Origin: a bacterium
Lineage (GTDB): Bacteria > UBA8248
Direction: 5' to 3'
NCBI GenBank assembly: GCA_965203325.1
Contig: OZ241875.1
Coordinates: 480,001-544,000, forward strand
Length of the DNA: 64,000 bases
Shown: piece after piece, positions 62,215 through 64,000 of the stretch
Position numbering within the stretch: position 1 is the stretch's first letter
How the letters are laid out: each line of letters begins with the position of its first letter
The notes under the pieces: model-generated
Databases searched by the model: none
The model's input: the letters and a program-made list of their open reading frames with translations, nothing else
What the model was told of the DNA's origin: nothing
Program-made: the position numbers and the translations under genes

Positions 62215-62961
62215 TTGGACTACACGGCGCATCAACTTCTCGCATTCGGGATCACCGCCTTTTTCGTCGGCTTTCTGAAAACCACCTTCAGTTCCGGTAT
62301 CGGCATCCTTCTCGTTCCGATCATGATCATGTTCTGGCCCACGCGGTTCATCATCGGAATCGTGGCCGTCATCATGTGGGTGACGGATTTCTTCGCCATC
62401 CCCATGTTCTGGAAACAGTGGGAGAGCCGCTTCCTGCGCTACCTGGTGCCCGGCTTCTACATCGGCATCATCATCGGCGTCTACTGGCTGGTGACCCTGC
62501 CCGATTTCTGGCTGAGAAAGGGCATCGGCTTGACCTGCGTCCTCTTCGCCGTGCTGCTCTTCTGGCGCGAGGCGCGCGGCGAGATGAAGCCCCCGCCCAT
62601 CAGCCTCCCGGCGGGGGTGGGCATCGGGATAGGCGGCGGCATCATCAGCGCCATGTTCCACTCGGGCGGCCTCGTGCTGAGCCTCTTCTTCGTCAGCCAG
62701 GGCATGTCCAAGACGGCGATAGTGGCGAGCATCCTCGTCGTCTGGTTCTGTGTGAACCCCTTCAAGGTCGCTTCGCTGTGGTACGGGGGCGTCGTGCAGA
62801 CGCCCATGCTCGTGGCGGGCGCGCTCGCCTTCCCCCTCGCCTGGGCCGGAAGCTGGTGCGGCAAGCAGGCGCTCCATAAAATCCCCCAGAAAGGATTCAC
62901 TTACATCCTCCTGCTCCTGTCCCTCATCACCGCCCTGCGCCTCCTGCTGGAGACGGGCTAG
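62215..62961 (+). CDS. TauE/SafE-family membrane protein (paralog 1)
   Basis: VGFLKTTFSSGIG, GIISAMFHSGG, NPFK; about 8 TM. Confidence 0.85.
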   Translation: MDYTAHQLLAFGITAFFVGFLKTTFSSGIGILLVPIMIMFWPTRFIIGIVAVIMWVTDFFAIPMFWKQWESRFLRYLVPGFYIGIIIGVYWLVTLPDFWLRKGIGLTCVLFAVLLFWREARGEMKPPPISLPAGVGIGIGGGIISAMFHSGGLVLSLFFVSQGMSKTAIVASILVVWFCVNPFKVASLWYGGVVQTPMLVAGALAFPLAWAGSWCGKQALHKIPQKGFTYILLLLSLITALRLLLETG

Positions 62962-62963
62962 CA

Positions 62964-63710
62964 ATGCCGGATTTCACCTGGGTCGAGTGGGGCTTCGTGC
63001 TGGCGGCGGCGTTTTGCAACGGCTTTCTGGTGCGCACGTTCGGGGCGGGCGTGGGACTGGTGATCACGCCCTTCCTCATCTTAGCGTTCTCGCCCTCTTT
63101 TTCGCTCGGCCTCATCGCGATGTTCAGCTGCTGGTCGGGCCTGGGGTCGGCGCCCCATTTCTGGGGAAAATGGAACCTGCGCTACGTGTTCCTCTTAGCA
63201 CCCGGCATCGTGGTCGGGCTCGGCCTGGGCGTCTGGCTGCTCACCTGGCTCCCGGGCGCGGGACTGAAAATGCTGATCGGCGCCATCTGCTTCTCCCTCG
63301 CCGCCTACCAGGCGCTCGTGGAAATCAGGGGCAGACCCTTCGATATCCCTCCCCTGCCGATGTGGCAGGGCGGGGGCTTCGGCGTCATGAGCGGGCTCTG
63401 CTCCGCGCTCGCCAACAGCGGGGCGATCTTCCTCACCCCCGTCCTCATCAGCCAGAGACTCGAAAAACTCACCCTGGTGAGCACGATATGGATGCTCTAC
63501 GCGGTGTTCAACCCCATCAAGGTGGTCGCCTTCTGGCAGGTATCCGTCGTCACCTGGGACACCATCTGGGCGACCGTTGTCGGCCTGCCCGTGCTGTGGC
63601 TGGGCATCAAGGCCGGCGCATGGGTGCAGGAGAGGCTCAGCGGGCGCACGTTCAACCTGTGCGTGCTGAGCATCGCGCTGGGAGGCTCGATACGGCTGCT
63701 GCTCGTCTGA
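62964..63710 (+). CDS. TauE/SafE-family membrane protein (paralog 2)
   Basis: GFLVRTFGAGVG, SGLCSALANSG, NPIK; about 8 TM. Confidence 0.85.
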   Translation: MPDFTWVEWGFVLAAAFCNGFLVRTFGAGVGLVITPFLILAFSPSFSLGLIAMFSCWSGLGSAPHFWGKWNLRYVFLLAPGIVVGLGLGVWLLTWLPGAGLKMLIGAICFSLAAYQALVEIRGRPFDIPPLPMWQGGGFGVMSGLCSALANSGAIFLTPVLISQRLEKLTLVSTIWMLYAVFNPIKVVAFWQVSVVTWDTIWATVVGLPVLWLGIKAGAWVQERLSGRTFNLCVLSIALGGSIRLLLV

Positions 63711-63790
63711 ATCCCCTCCCCCGCGCTTCCGCGACAATATGCGAAAAACGGGAATTCATGCCTGATTGGCCATGCTCTCCATGAGTAAAG

Positions 63791-64000
63791 GCAACCCCCC
63801 CTACCCCCCCTTGACAGGGGGGTAAAGGCGATATCTCCCGACGAGGGGCTGTTCAAAAACTTGGTGTACGTTGCCTACGGAGATTTTCCTCCACCAAAAG
63901 AATTTGAAATCAACTCCCCCCTTGAGGGGGAGTCGATGAGGTGAGGGTGTAAACCCGAAACCGAATCGGTGGGGGGACATGCCACTGAAAAAACTCCCCC
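63791..64000. repeat. Repeat cluster: single C7-TA-C7 arm, IS-like end and truncated CCCCCCTTGAGGGGG element
   Basis: Shares modules with 50033-50178 and 60492-60641; runs off the window edge. Confidence 0.65.

Overview
Bacterial chromosomal window with about 55 supportable CDSs; no rRNA, tRNA or CRISPR array was recognised. The gene mix (TRAP transporter, MmgE/PrpD, TauE, GcvT-fold proteins, PAS-LuxR regulator/lipoprotein units) resembles marine invertebrate-associated symbiont genomes, but that is inference. Layout: (1) 1-4 kb, a lipoprotein / PAS-LuxR regulator / TbpB-like lipoprotein module with a duplicated palindromic operator; (2) 4-8.8 kb, ctpA, a hydrolase-cupin-TrmB cluster and a perfect parS palindrome; (3) 8.8-31 kb, a housekeeping block (tkt, eno, nrdR, rpiB, dksA-like, rsfS, nadD, proB, obgE, rpmA, rplU, HIT, mnmA) that is unexpectedly lower in GC than its flanks; (4) 31-36 kb, a small accessory island (IS110 remnant, DUF6602-like nuclease, Fic AMPylase, unknown gene pair); (5) 36-48 kb, a methylated-amine/onium catabolism region with a DmdA-like demethylase, a dimethylglycine dehydrogenase/oxidase-like flavoprotein and a grdC-grdA-grdE-grdB reductase operon; (6) 48-64 kb, tandem paralogs (2 MBL hydrolases, 2 acyl-CoA synthetases, 2 TauE) and a TRAP transporter. 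The best candidate for an undescribed system is the Grd operon. It has two in-frame UGA (selenocysteine) codons with SECIS-like hairpins that the ORF track splits, and it is non-canonical: GrdB has UGTGTRSG instead of UxxCxxC, the GrdE-like subunit lacks the pyruvoyl-forming Cys, and there is no adjacent grdD or thioredoxin system. Intergenic DNA carries a modular, nested family of palindromic MITE/REP-like repeats.
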